A stretch of 64,000 nt of DNA from a virus. The position numbers and the translations under genes are program-made. Below the pieces are notes generated by a model that ran no database searches, had not been told where the DNA came from, and saw only the letters and a list, made by a program, of their open reading frames with translations. The stretch covers positions 32,001-96,000 of IMG/VR virus record IMGVR_UViG_3300016466_000859; one strand, 5' to 3'. Positions 29,265 to 38,624 of the stretch are shown piece by piece (position 1 is the stretch's first letter; every line of letters starts with the position of its first letter).

Positions 29265-30097
29265 CACAGCGTATTTTAATAATGGGTCTACCCGGTGCCG
29301 GTAAAACTACATTAGCACAAACCTTGAAAAAGTATATTGAAGAAAATTCAGCATTTTTCCAGCCGCAGGCCGAAGCCCTGTACGGCAGTTATGCCACAGT
29401 GGAGTGGTTCAACGCCGATGAGGTAAGAAAGCGATTCAATGACTGGGATTTTAGCCACGAAGGACGCATACGTCAAAGCCACAGGATGCGCGAGCTGGCC
29501 GATAAAAGCAGTGCAGATTTTGTCATTTGCGATTTTGTGGCTCCACTGATTGAGATGCGACACAATTACAAGGCCGATTGGACGGTATGGGTTGACACTA
29601 TCGATCAAGGTCGGTTTGAAGATACCAATAGAATGTTCGCAGAACCCGATGTTTATGATTTTCGCATCACGGAAAAAAATGCAGAGAAATGGGCGGCATT
29701 TATAGGCGAGCACATATTAGAAAATCGACGGAGACCAGTGTTTGACTGGCGTCGAGAAACCGTGCAGATGTTGGGTCGTTGGCAACCTTGGCACCCGGGC
29801 CATCGTGCTTTGTTTGAAAGGCTGATTGCACGCACAGGACAGGTAGTGATACAGATAAGAGATGTTCAAGGCTGGCAAGGCAGCAATCCCTTTGATGTTA
29901 ACCAAGTCAAAGGATTTATTAAAAGAGACCTTGATCCACTCTATCAAGGTCAATTTGAAATAATGCTGGTACCCAATATCGTACACATTGGTTGGGGAAG
30001 AGGTGTTGGATATACCAGTGGCGAAGAAACATTTGACGAAAGCATCACGGACATCAGTGCCACAAAAATTCGTAAAGCCATGGGCTATGACAAATGA
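29261..30097 (+). CDS. Adenylylsulfate-kinase-like P-loop domain fused to an HxGH nucleotidyltransferase domain
   Basis: GLPGAGKTT, NADEVR, GRIRQ, DFVAP (CysC-like); C-terminal GRWQPWHPGH. Confidence 0.75.
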   Translation: MTQRILIMGLPGAGKTTLAQTLKKYIEENSAFFQPQAEALYGSYATVEWFNADEVRKRFNDWDFSHEGRIRQSHRMRELADKSSADFVICDFVAPLIEMRHNYKADWTVWVDTIDQGRFEDTNRMFAEPDVYDFRITEKNAEKWAAFIGEHILENRRRPVFDWRRETVQMLGRWQPWHPGHRALFERLIARTGQVVIQIRDVQGWQGSNPFDVNQVKGFIKRDLDPLYQGQFEIMLVPNIVHIGWGRGVGYTSGEETFDESITDISATKIRKAMGYDK

Positions 30098-30312
30098 TCG
30101 ACACCAAGAAAAGAAGTCTAGTAAAGACCTTGAGCTGGAGGTTAACCGGTAGCTTTGCTACCTTCTTGATATCTTATCTCATTTCGGGAAACTTTGCGAT
30201 CGCTTCGTCGATTGCAGCCGTGCAGATAGTGGCAAACACGATACTTTACTATCTACATGAAAGGATCTGGGATCGCATCAATTGGGGCAGGAAAGGCACC
30301 AGTTTAAATTAG
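30094..30312 (+). CDS. DUF2061-like small membrane protein
   Basis: RSLVKTLSWR...YYLHERIWDRINWGR. Confidence 0.75.
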   Translation: MIDTKKRSLVKTLSWRLTGSFATFLISYLISGNFAIASSIAAVQIVANTILYYLHERIWDRINWGRKGTSLN

Positions 30313-31411
30313 ACTTTAATTCTTGCCATGCTCGATTCAACAGCTCTCCACTTTCCAGGAGCCTGTAATTGTGTTCCAATGTGTCTCGCATTTCATGCAA
30401 CAGGTTGGTGAGTTCACGGTCGCTGAGTGAACATATGTTTTTTACTATCTCAACAACAGCTTGTAGGCGATGGATGGGATTTTGTATCTGGTCATAACTT
30501 TCATCCCACCAACGATCAAACGTTCGGAATCCATAACTTTTTAAATAGGCAAGATTGTTGGCCGGTGCAAGCAGAACAAACGGTTGTCGTGCGATAATGG
30601 GCTTGAATATTTTTTCTGTGAGATGATGCTTTTGATCCCAGTAGCAGGTCTCTGTGACGATGTGCAAGAAACTTTCCATGTTTTCTCGTACGGCGCCTAA
30701 GGTCATACTACCATTGGGTATTGCATCCTTTCCCGAGTCAATCCTGAGAGGAAAATCCACTCCGTCTAAATATTCTGCGCATCGATAGGCATAATCTTGA
30801 TCGATTTTATATTGGTTGATAGACTGTTGCAGATTATCTCGGTAATGTCCATATATCGGACACGAATCACTGTAGCTGATGTGTCCTTGATCAATTAGGC
30901 CAGCCGCGGCCAGCTCGGCTACCAATATGCTACGGTAAACTCTGGCGCCTCCTGTGAGTCTGTTAAATGTAATATATTTTTTCCTGACTTCTCGCTGCAG
31001 GGGATCTTTGATTGAAGCATCAAAACGATAACCACGATACCAGTCCGAGGCAGCAAACACATGAAAAAACGAATAGCAGTCTTGGAAACGATACCGCATC
31101 AAAAAACGATTTTTATCTTGACTTTCTTGTTCGGTATTAAGTAAAATAACACGTTGATCTGTGATGTTTAATTCTTGTAGTATGTGATCAAACAATTGAT
31201 TGTTGAACCCCCAAATCAAAGGTTCCTGATCATAACAAATGATCAATGGTCCGCGTTGTTGAGGTCCAAGATCTGGACGATCATCGGCTAATATCTCGAT
31301 GTTGCTGGGATCAGTACTGCCAAACGGATAAAGATAAACCAGCCTGGGGTCGTCGCATAAAGTTTTAGCGTACTGCCAGATATTGTGGTAGTGATTATGG
31401 ATATTATACAT
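30278..31411 (-). CDS. Putative glycosyltransferase-related protein (GT-B/GT10-like C-terminus)
   Basis: IVTET...HLTEKIFKPI...PF...LKSYGFRTF..WDESYD; the only inverted gene in the + block. Confidence 0.5.
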   Translation of the reverse strand: MYNIHNHYHNIWQYAKTLCDDPRLVYLYPFGSTDPSNIEILADDRPDLGPQQRGPLIICYDQEPLIWGFNNQLFDHILQELNITDQRVILLNTEQESQDKNRFLMRYRFQDCYSFFHVFAASDWYRGYRFDASIKDPLQREVRKKYITFNRLTGGARVYRSILVAELAAAGLIDQGHISYSDSCPIYGHYRDNLQQSINQYKIDQDYAYRCAEYLDGVDFPLRIDSGKDAIPNGSMTLGAVRENMESFLHIVTETCYWDQKHHLTEKIFKPIIARQPFVLLAPANNLAYLKSYGFRTFDRWWDESYDQIQNPIHRLQAVVEIVKNICSLSDRELTNLLHEMRDTLEHNYRLLESGELLNRAWQELKSNLNWCLSCPN

Positions 31412-33638
31412 GTTTGATGTTTTTTATTTTGGATCAAAGCCAGGCTTGTTTGAATATGAACAGCCAGCCAGTGATCTAGATGATGCTGCCAGGAAGAGCA
31501 GGACTCGACTCTGCTGGTATATTTATGGTGGCAACGATTACACAAATTTTGATTTCGATTGGCGGCCGGCTCCTTGGGAGCAAGATTTCATACAAGTATT
31601 TCCCAGTCAATGGCAACGCGACGGTGGTGTTTATCTTGTAAATCCACAAACCGTGCATGCCCGGCAGTGGAAATTCCAAACTAGTCAATGCATCACTAGA
31701 TTGCCTTGTCGAGAAAACTGGACCATCCCTGACAACATAGATGAAAAGTCCGTGGACTTCAGCTGGCATCCAGACCCAATAGATCCACCTTACATCTATC
31801 ACTTTCCCAGCGAATGGCAATCTAGTTCGGGGTTGATGTATTCTGTGCCAGGCGCAACCGAAGTTAGATTTGAAGACACAGTGCCCGGGGAATCTTTGTC
31901 GAAGGTCTTGGATATCTTTTTTGTAGATCATTACAACAATCAAAGCGTCACACGGTGGGAAAAGTTATCTGCAAGATATCCACATGCACAAAAGATACGT
32001 TTCGCCAACAGTCAGCTTGATACCATCCGGCGCTGTTGTAATCGTGCCAGTACCAATCGCTTTTGGGTGATATCCAGTGAATGTGTCTATGATGATTTTG
32101 ATTTTTCATGGCATCCTGAATCTTGGCAAAGGTCGATGACTCATGTTTTCGGTAGCCAATGGCAAAAGTGGTCTGCGACATTTCTGATCAATCGCGCAGA
32201 ATTTGAACGCAACTCGAAGTGGGCTCAAACTTTAGAAGAGTTTCCTAATCTCAATTTTGTCAGCGACCAACCAGTGATCATTCCCGACGATCTCTATGAC
32301 ATCTACTATGTGGATTACGGCAACCAAGAAAGCCAACCTCAGTTATCGAGTCTGAGGATAGATCATCCCAAAATTAAAACTACGAGATTCGTGGATAACT
32401 ATCTCGACACTCTCAAGCGTATTATGACCACAGCCGAGACTGAATATGTTTGGGTGATATCTAGTATTTGCGACTATTCCACGTTTGATTTCTCTTGGCA
32501 ACCTGAACCTTGGCAAGCAGAAATGGTACATGTGTTTGCCAGCAACTCAGAAAAGCGCGGGGATACGTTTTACATACATGTCGAGTCATTTAAGAAACAA
32601 ATGGCCGATCTAGAGATATTGGATTGGTTCAATGTCATCAACTATACCAACGAACAATGGGTAAAGCGTTTTCCAATGCCAGTGGTTGAGTACAACTCGG
32701 ACAGCCTAGTTGATGCAGTGAGAGTTCATGATTTCGGACCCAATATCTATGTCAAGTTCTTGCACGATAACAATGGAAACATAGATTATACTCCTTGCAT
32801 CTGGCGGGCCAAAGATCGCGCGGTACACAGCATCAGCAAAAACAATGCCACAGCTCTAGTACCCAGAGATGTCAAGCAGTACCCTTTGATCCAGATGTAT
32901 GATTATCCAGAAATAGACAAAACCAAACAAACCATGTTGCTGGGCAGGCCGTTAGACGTGATATTCATCAGCAACGGCGAAACCGAGGCTGAGCGGTGGT
33001 ATAAACACCTTGAAGATATACTATTCGACAAGTATACTGGAGAAATACGGCCCAAGAGAGTCATGAATGTTGACGGACGTACTCAGGCCTATCAAGCAGC
33101 CGCAAAAGCCTCAGAAACAGACTGGTTCTTTGCCGTGTTTGCCAAATTAGAGGTGGTTCCCACTTTTGATTGGTTCTGGCAACCCGACTATTTCCAAGAA
33201 GCCAAGCACTACATCTTCAATGCCCGCAATCCTGTAAATGGCCTGGAATATGGACACATGGGTGTGATTGCCTATAATAGAAGATTGGTCCTGGAAACCA
33301 ACGACCCTGGCCTGGACTTTACCTTGAGTCGCGCACACGAAGTCGTTCCTGTGCTTTCGGCTGTGGCGCACTTTAACTCTGATCCTTGGATGACCTGGCG
33401 CACTGCATTTCGTGAAGCACTCAAGCTCAGACATTACTTGCAGGAATCTCCCACAGTGGAAACCGAGTATAGATTGGAAACTTGGTGTACAAAAGCAGCA
33501 GGAAACAATGCCGAGTGGAGCCTACGAGGTTCCAATGATGCAATCGAATATTATGAACAAGTGCAAGGACATTTACCAGATCTCATGAAGAGTTTTGATT
33601 GGGCCTGGTTACGAGAAAGATTCAACGATGGCTTATAA
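31410..33638 (+). CDS. Large protein with about four tandem GT-A-like repeats
   Basis: Repeated W..S...Y..FDFSWxPxxW(Q)....HVF units; the last unit aligns with the 16514 gene. Confidence 0.6.
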   Translation: MFDVFYFGSKPGLFEYEQPASDLDDAARKSRTRLCWYIYGGNDYTNFDFDWRPAPWEQDFIQVFPSQWQRDGGVYLVNPQTVHARQWKFQTSQCITRLPCRENWTIPDNIDEKSVDFSWHPDPIDPPYIYHFPSEWQSSSGLMYSVPGATEVRFEDTVPGESLSKVLDIFFVDHYNNQSVTRWEKLSARYPHAQKIRFANSQLDTIRRCCNRASTNRFWVISSECVYDDFDFSWHPESWQRSMTHVFGSQWQKWSATFLINRAEFERNSKWAQTLEEFPNLNFVSDQPVIIPDDLYDIYYVDYGNQESQPQLSSLRIDHPKIKTTRFVDNYLDTLKRIMTTAETEYVWVISSICDYSTFDFSWQPEPWQAEMVHVFASNSEKRGDTFYIHVESFKKQMADLEILDWFNVINYTNEQWVKRFPMPVVEYNSDSLVDAVRVHDFGPNIYVKFLHDNNGNIDYTPCIWRAKDRAVHSISKNNATALVPRDVKQYPLIQMYDYPEIDKTKQTMLLGRPLDVIFISNGETEAERWYKHLEDILFDKYTGEIRPKRVMNVDGRTQAYQAAAKASETDWFFAVFAKLEVVPTFDWFWQPDYFQEAKHYIFNARNPVNGLEYGHMGVIAYNRRLVLETNDPGLDFTLSRAHEVVPVLSAVAHFNSDPWMTWRTAFREALKLRHYLQESPTVETEYRLETWCTKAAGNNAEWSLRGSNDAIEYYEQVQGHLPDLMKSFDWAWLRERFNDGL

Positions 33639-34872
33639 TCCCAAAACCTGCATCGCTCCCTTTATGATGACTACCATTGACCCGTGGGGCAATCAAAGTC
33701 CTTGCCCAATCATCGGTGGCGGCCTCTGGAATTTCAAAGATACTCCGTTGCAACAGCGATGGACCGGACCCGAACTCACTGATTTCCGGCAAAAAACACT
33801 GGAAGGCGAAGAGTTACCGGCGTGTCACAGATGTTTCGACGCAGAAAAGGTAGGCACTTATAGTCTACGCAAAGTCACATGGGATCCAGAACAAGATCCT
33901 GAAGGTAAAACCACTTCGGTATTGGGATTAAAATCTCCCAGGGGAATACCGATGACACCAAAAATCGTCATGATGGAGCCTTACTACAAAAAAGGCCCCA
34001 TGCAGATAGCACTAAAGATCAGTAACATCTGTAATTTACGATGCCGTACCTGCAACGGCAAAGACAGTTACTTGTTCCACCGAGAAGGCCATCACTATAA
34101 CGAAAAGTATAGCCTCAATGAGAAATGGTATATCGAAGGTCCCAGTGAAGGTGTAGAGTGGACCGATCAACAGATCGACGAAATAATTGAACACTCGGCA
34201 AATCTGCGACGTCTAGAAATCTACGGTGGAGAACCACTCATTGACAAAAAACTTCCTGCCTTGCTTGGCCGCCTGATTGAGTCTGGACAGAGCCGATACA
34301 TAGATCTCAACGTCAGTACCAATGTCACGAGATTCCCCAGTCAAGAGTGGATCGACATGATCTCGTACTACAAGAGCTTCAATCTCAATCTCAGCATCGA
34401 CGGGGTAGGTCAACAGTTTGAATATCTACGACACCCTGCTCGTTGGCATCGAGTTGAGGAGAACATACACAAATTCACTGAACTGTTTGGCCGCTACGAT
34501 CATTTCTTTTTGCTGCCTACAGTGACCGTGTCGACCATGAACATCTACTACCTGCCCGAATTAGTCACTTATCTCGAAACGACCACAGGAGTGTTCCCGC
34601 ATCTCAATCTTGTGATGCATCCTTACTGGTATCGTATCAGCAACATACACTCGACGGTCAAACAACACATAGTAGAAAAATTGGAATCCAGCGGCATCCA
34701 TCAATTATTACCTTACGCCGAATATATGAAATCAAATGCGTGTAGCATGAAAGCATGGGAAAAGTTCAAGTTCTGGACTCATGCCATGGACGAGTATCGC
34801 GGTGAGAGTTTTGCTGATGTATTCCCTGAACTACACAGGATCATGCTCGATGCTGGTGAGGGGTTATCTTAG
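33628..34872 (+). CDS. Radical SAM protein with N-terminal twitch domain (#7)
   Basis: CIAPF...PCP...CHRC; CNLRCRTC; IYGGEP. Confidence 0.85.
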   Translation: MAYNPKTCIAPFMMTTIDPWGNQSPCPIIGGGLWNFKDTPLQQRWTGPELTDFRQKTLEGEELPACHRCFDAEKVGTYSLRKVTWDPEQDPEGKTTSVLGLKSPRGIPMTPKIVMMEPYYKKGPMQIALKISNICNLRCRTCNGKDSYLFHREGHHYNEKYSLNEKWYIEGPSEGVEWTDQQIDEIIEHSANLRRLEIYGGEPLIDKKLPALLGRLIESGQSRYIDLNVSTNVTRFPSQEWIDMISYYKSFNLNLSIDGVGQQFEYLRHPARWHRVEENIHKFTELFGRYDHFFLLPTVTVSTMNIYYLPELVTYLETTTGVFPHLNLVMHPYWYRISNIHSTVKQHIVEKLESSGIHQLLPYAEYMKSNACSMKAWEKFKFWTHAMDEYRGESFADVFPELHRIMLDAGEGLS

Positions 34873-35970
34873 GTATTCGTGGATGCCGTCAATGACTGTT
34901 TCAACTTCTGTGTCAGTCATTTCAGGATATATGGGAAGGCTCAAAGCCTCTACCGAATGTGCGTGCCCGGCACGAAACACCTCGCTGGCATAATCCACAT
35001 AATCTTGTGCCACTGGATATTCATAGAGAGGTATTTCGTAGTGTATGCGTGTTTCAATGCCCAGTGACTTTAGATGATTCCTAATACCATTACGCTCGGC
35101 AGTTCTTATCACGTATTTGTGCCATGCACTTGTTGTTTCGCGATCGGGTAATATAGGATCTACCCATTCCATCAATTCTTGCGTGTAAAATTCAGCAATC
35201 TCTTTTCTGCGCTTTTGCCAGGCATCAAAATATTTTAGTTTGACGATCAGCTGTGCGCATTCAATTTCGCTCATTTTAGAATTGGTTCCGGTGGAATAGT
35301 ATTCACTGGCCTTGCCATTGTTTTTGATGTCTAACAGTCTGGTGTACATGTCAGAGTCATCGGTAAGTATCATTCCTCCTGAACCATAGGCCGGCAGATT
35401 TTTAGTGGGATCAAAACTCAGCACACTGATGTCTCCCATTTTTCCGGACGGAATACCATTCCTAGAAGCACCAAAGCTCTGTGCGGCATCTTCAATGATG
35501 GGTATGTGCTCATTAAAGAATGAGGTTTCTAATCTCAGTTTATCGTAATCAACACAATTACCGAAGATATTCACATACATGACTCCACCGACTCCGGTGC
35601 CTTTGAGTGCATAGTCCAGGCTTTCGAAGTCTAGTAGTGCGCGGTCATCGACATCGCAGAATCTGGGTTCGTTGTTGGCCATGAACACAGAGTTAAGAGT
35701 GGCCACAAAACTCACAGTGGGAATCAGTATTCGAGTTTGATTTAACCCCAAAGCCATTTGAGCAAATATCAAAGCTTGGCTACAGGAGTTCACTGTTACG
35801 GCAAATCGCCTTTCGCAACGCAAGGCGATGGCTCGTTCAAATTTTTCTGTGTAAGGTCCGTCGAGAACCTGGCCCGAACTCCAGACTCGATCTGCTACAT
35901 CTAAAAGTTCTTCTCGGAGATTGTTATACTGTCTTTGAAGACCAGTAAACAGAATTCTTGAGCCACTCAT
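34864..35970 (-). CDS. DegT/DnrJ/EryC1/StrS family PLP aminotransferase (NDP-aminosugar)
   Basis: IIEDAAQSFGA, SFDPTKNLPAYGSGG, NSKMSE, LSLPIYP. Confidence 0.9.
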   Translation of the reverse strand: MSGSRILFTGLQRQYNNLREELLDVADRVWSSGQVLDGPYTEKFERAIALRCERRFAVTVNSCSQALIFAQMALGLNQTRILIPTVSFVATLNSVFMANNEPRFCDVDDRALLDFESLDYALKGTGVGGVMYVNIFGNCVDYDKLRLETSFFNEHIPIIEDAAQSFGASRNGIPSGKMGDISVLSFDPTKNLPAYGSGGMILTDDSDMYTRLLDIKNNGKASEYYSTGTNSKMSEIECAQLIVKLKYFDAWQKRRKEIAEFYTQELMEWVDPILPDRETTSAWHKYVIRTAERNGIRNHLKSLGIETRIHYEIPLYEYPVAQDYVDYASEVFRAGHAHSVEALSLPIYPEMTDTEVETVIDGIHEYLR

Positions 35971-36892
35971 AGTATCTCTGGAATCCTTCCTCAATGTCTA
36001 CTTTGGGATCAAACCCAAAATCTCTGCGAGCTGCATCAATACAGAGTGCGCCTCTGCTGGGAAAATCTGCATCTTTGTCTCGCACTTCTACCTGGCCTTG
36101 GCCCGCGATTTTTACCGCTAGATTGGCCGCATCTAAAAGACTCCATGAATGACTTTTGGTGATGTTGTAGATTTTGTTTTTCACGGTAGGGCTTAATGCG
36201 GCGGCCACGATTCCGTCTGCGGCGTCGCCTACATAAGTGAAATCCAATGTTTCTGCGGCGCCGTTGACCTTGAGTGTTCCGCCACGCATGGCGGTAAGCA
36301 GGAACTTGGATATTACTCGATCTTCCACATCTAATTCACCGTATACCGCAGAAGGGCGTATGATCACGTGATCAAAAAAGCCGCGGCGAGTGTAATCACG
36401 CACCAGCCATTCGCCGGCCAGTTTCATAATACCGTATTGCCCTTGTGGCCGGCACGGGGCATCTTCCTGCACGTTATCTGTGAAGTCACCATAGACCATG
36501 CTAGACGAGATATAGATAAATCTACCTACATTGTGTTTCTTAGCGGCCTCCAAAAGATTTAGCAGACCTTCGCTCATAGCTCGACTGCCGATCATGGGAT
36601 TTACATTGACCACTTTCTGTCTGGGAAAGCTGGCCAGATGTATGATCATTTCTGGTTGGTAATAGCGCATCATCCAGTCGATGCCATCGGCATCTGCGAT
36701 ATCGATACGATGTATTCGGTCCGTGTTGATTTTTTTCATGCGTTCCGCAACAAGATAATCCAGCTCAGACTGCGGCACGAGACCATAGTTGGTACGGGTG
36801 TCGGTGACAGAAATTTCATGATTTTGGCACTCCAGTCTCTGGACTACATTGTGTCCGATCAATCCCAATCCGCCTGTTACTAATATTTTCAT
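35924..36892 (-). CDS. NAD-dependent epimerase/dehydratase (NDP-sugar)
   Basis: ILVTGGLGLIG, SSSMVYG, YGIMK (YxxxK). Confidence 0.9.
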   Translation of the reverse strand: MKILVTGGLGLIGHNVVQRLECQNHEISVTDTRTNYGLVPQSELDYLVAERMKKINTDRIHRIDIADADGIDWMMRYYQPEMIIHLASFPRQKVVNVNPMIGSRAMSEGLLNLLEAAKKHNVGRFIYISSSMVYGDFTDNVQEDAPCRPQGQYGIMKLAGEWLVRDYTRRGFFDHVIIRPSAVYGELDVEDRVISKFLLTAMRGGTLKVNGAAETLDFTYVGDAADGIVAAALSPTVKNKIYNITKSHSWSLLDAANLAVKIAGQGQVEVRDKDADFPSRGALCIDAARRDFGFDPKVDIEEGFQRYYEWLKNSVYWSSKTV

Positions 36893-37800
36893 ACCGCCAT
36901 CCTTGCTTTTATTGGTTCGTGGCTTTGATAGTCAACTAATTTTATGTCTTCCATAGTAAATTTGCCAATGTCTGTGATATCGGGATTGAGCCAAAGTTGT
37001 GGGGCAGGCAAGGGTTCACGTGCCAATTGTTCTTTTACCTGCTCTATATGATCTAGGTATATGTGTGCGTCACCGAGTACATGAACAAACTCCCCTACAC
37101 CCAGACCGCACACTTGAGCTATCATATGAGTCAGCGTGCTGTAGCTCGCGATGTTAAAGGGTACACCAAGAAACATATCACAACTTCTCTGATACATCTG
37201 GCAAGATAATTTTTTATCTTTGCCGACATAAAATTGCGCAAACATGTGACACGGCGGGAGTGCCATTTCATCGAGTTCTCCGGGGTTCCAAGCGGTGATC
37301 ACATGTCTACGACCAAACGGATCGTTCTTTAATCCATCAATGAGGTTTTTTAATTGATCAGTTTCTTTGATGTGTACTGAACCGTGCCGATTATAAAGTG
37401 TGCCAAACTCGTCTTTGAATGTTTCTGCTTTGTGGGAGATCGGCGTACGCCATTTACGCCATTGCACACCGTAGACTCGACCTAGATCGCCCTCATACTG
37501 GGCCTTTGACTTCCAATACGGAGCCATGGCGTTTGGAGTCCAGATGGTGACGACACCATCTCGTGTACCATGTGTGATTTCGGCCAACCTGCGCTCGTCA
37601 CCGCTGCCTTCGATCATCCACAGCAGTTCTCCCAGCATGCTTTTCCATGCTAGTTTTTTAGTGGTCACCGCTGGGAAATTTTTTGCCAGATCGTATCTTT
37701 GCTGTAGCCCAAATAAACTGATCGTTCCAACTCCGGTGCGGTCATCTCTGACCTCACCTTCATTCAATACTTGTGAGAGGGCGTTTAAATATGTTTTCAT
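36889..37800 (-). CDS. thyA: Thymidylate synthase
   Basis: DRTGVGT, ELLWMIEG, MALPPCH, YQRSCDMFLGVPFN, DAHIY. Confidence 0.97.
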   Translation of the reverse strand: MKTYLNALSQVLNEGEVRDDRTGVGTISLFGLQQRYDLAKNFPAVTTKKLAWKSMLGELLWMIEGSGDERRLAEITHGTRDGVVTIWTPNAMAPYWKSKAQYEGDLGRVYGVQWRKWRTPISHKAETFKDEFGTLYNRHGSVHIKETDQLKNLIDGLKNDPFGRRHVITAWNPGELDEMALPPCHMFAQFYVGKDKKLSCQMYQRSCDMFLGVPFNIASYSTLTHMIAQVCGLGVGEFVHVLGDAHIYLDHIEQVKEQLAREPLPAPQLWLNPDITDIGKFTMEDIKLVDYQSHEPIKARMAV

Positions 37801-38278
37801 ATTTTAGAAAACTGCAAGAAAAATCAGGACTGGTATCACAGCGTTTGACCTGGAAACCCGATAAAAATTCTTTGACCTGTATCCTCACATCGGCTCGATA
37901 TTGACCTTTAAATGTGGTAAGATAGGCATAGTCTAGATATGGTTGTGCAGACATTATCACATCGGGCCCGCCTAAAACAAATATATGCTGATTGGGATGA
38001 GATCGTTGTATCGTTGATAGAACTGATGGGATCTCTCCATTGACCGGTCTTCCGTATATGGGAAGATTGTTTGGGCGATTGGTCAGCACATAACAGATAC
38101 GACCCGACAGGGGTTTTGGGAACTTGGGATCATCCCAAGTTTTTCTTCCCATGACCACCACATGTCCCATGGTGAGATCTTGGAATCGTTTCATATCATG
38201 TTTGTTATGAGGCCAGGGCAATGTACCACCATTGCCCATGGCTCCGTTTATGTCGGTAGCGAATATGGCATTAATCAT
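37760..38278 (-). CDS. folA: Dihydrofolate reductase
   Basis: MGNGGTLPWP, DMKRF, VVMGRKTW, PLSGR, VLGG; adjacent to thyA. Confidence 0.92.
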   Translation of the reverse strand: MINAIFATDINGAMGNGGTLPWPHNKHDMKRFQDLTMGHVVVMGRKTWDDPKFPKPLSGRICYVLTNRPNNLPIYGRPVNGEIPSVLSTIQRSHPNQHIFVLGGPDVIMSAQPYLDYAYLTTFKGQYRADVRIQVKEFLSGFQVKRCDTSPDFSCSFLKYENIFKRPLTSIE

Positions 38279-38282
38279 ATAA

Positions 38283-38624
38283 TCAGAGGTTTTTTAATAT
38301 TCGATCAGTGACTGGTTGCACAGTCTTGGCCACTTTTTCAACACTGATCATGAAGTCAACATCTTCAATGATGTCGTCTAATGTCTCGAGTTTTTCGTTT
38401 ATGGTTCTTTCTAGGAACTCGGGATCATTGCCTTCGGAGATCAATTGTTCGATGTCAAGGGTTATCTCTGTGCCGTCAGACAAGTTGATCTTGATAAAGT
38501 CGATGCAATGCAAGGGTACTTCTTGTTTCTCTACGTCCTTGATTATGCGTTCCCATATCTGTTTGCGTGTGATATTAAGACGCGACTGTTTGCTTTTTCG
38601 TTGTTTTTTTGGATTTGGGGGCAT
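38283..38624 (-). CDS. Hypothetical protein
   Basis: Probable ATG at 38624 (MPPNPKK); basic N-terminus, acidic body. Confidence 0.55.
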   Translation of the reverse strand: MPPNPKKQRKSKQSRLNITRKQIWERIIKDVEKQEVPLHCIDFIKINLSDGTEITLDIEQLISEGNDPEFLERTINEKLETLDDIIEDVDFMISVEKVAKTVQPVTDRILKNL

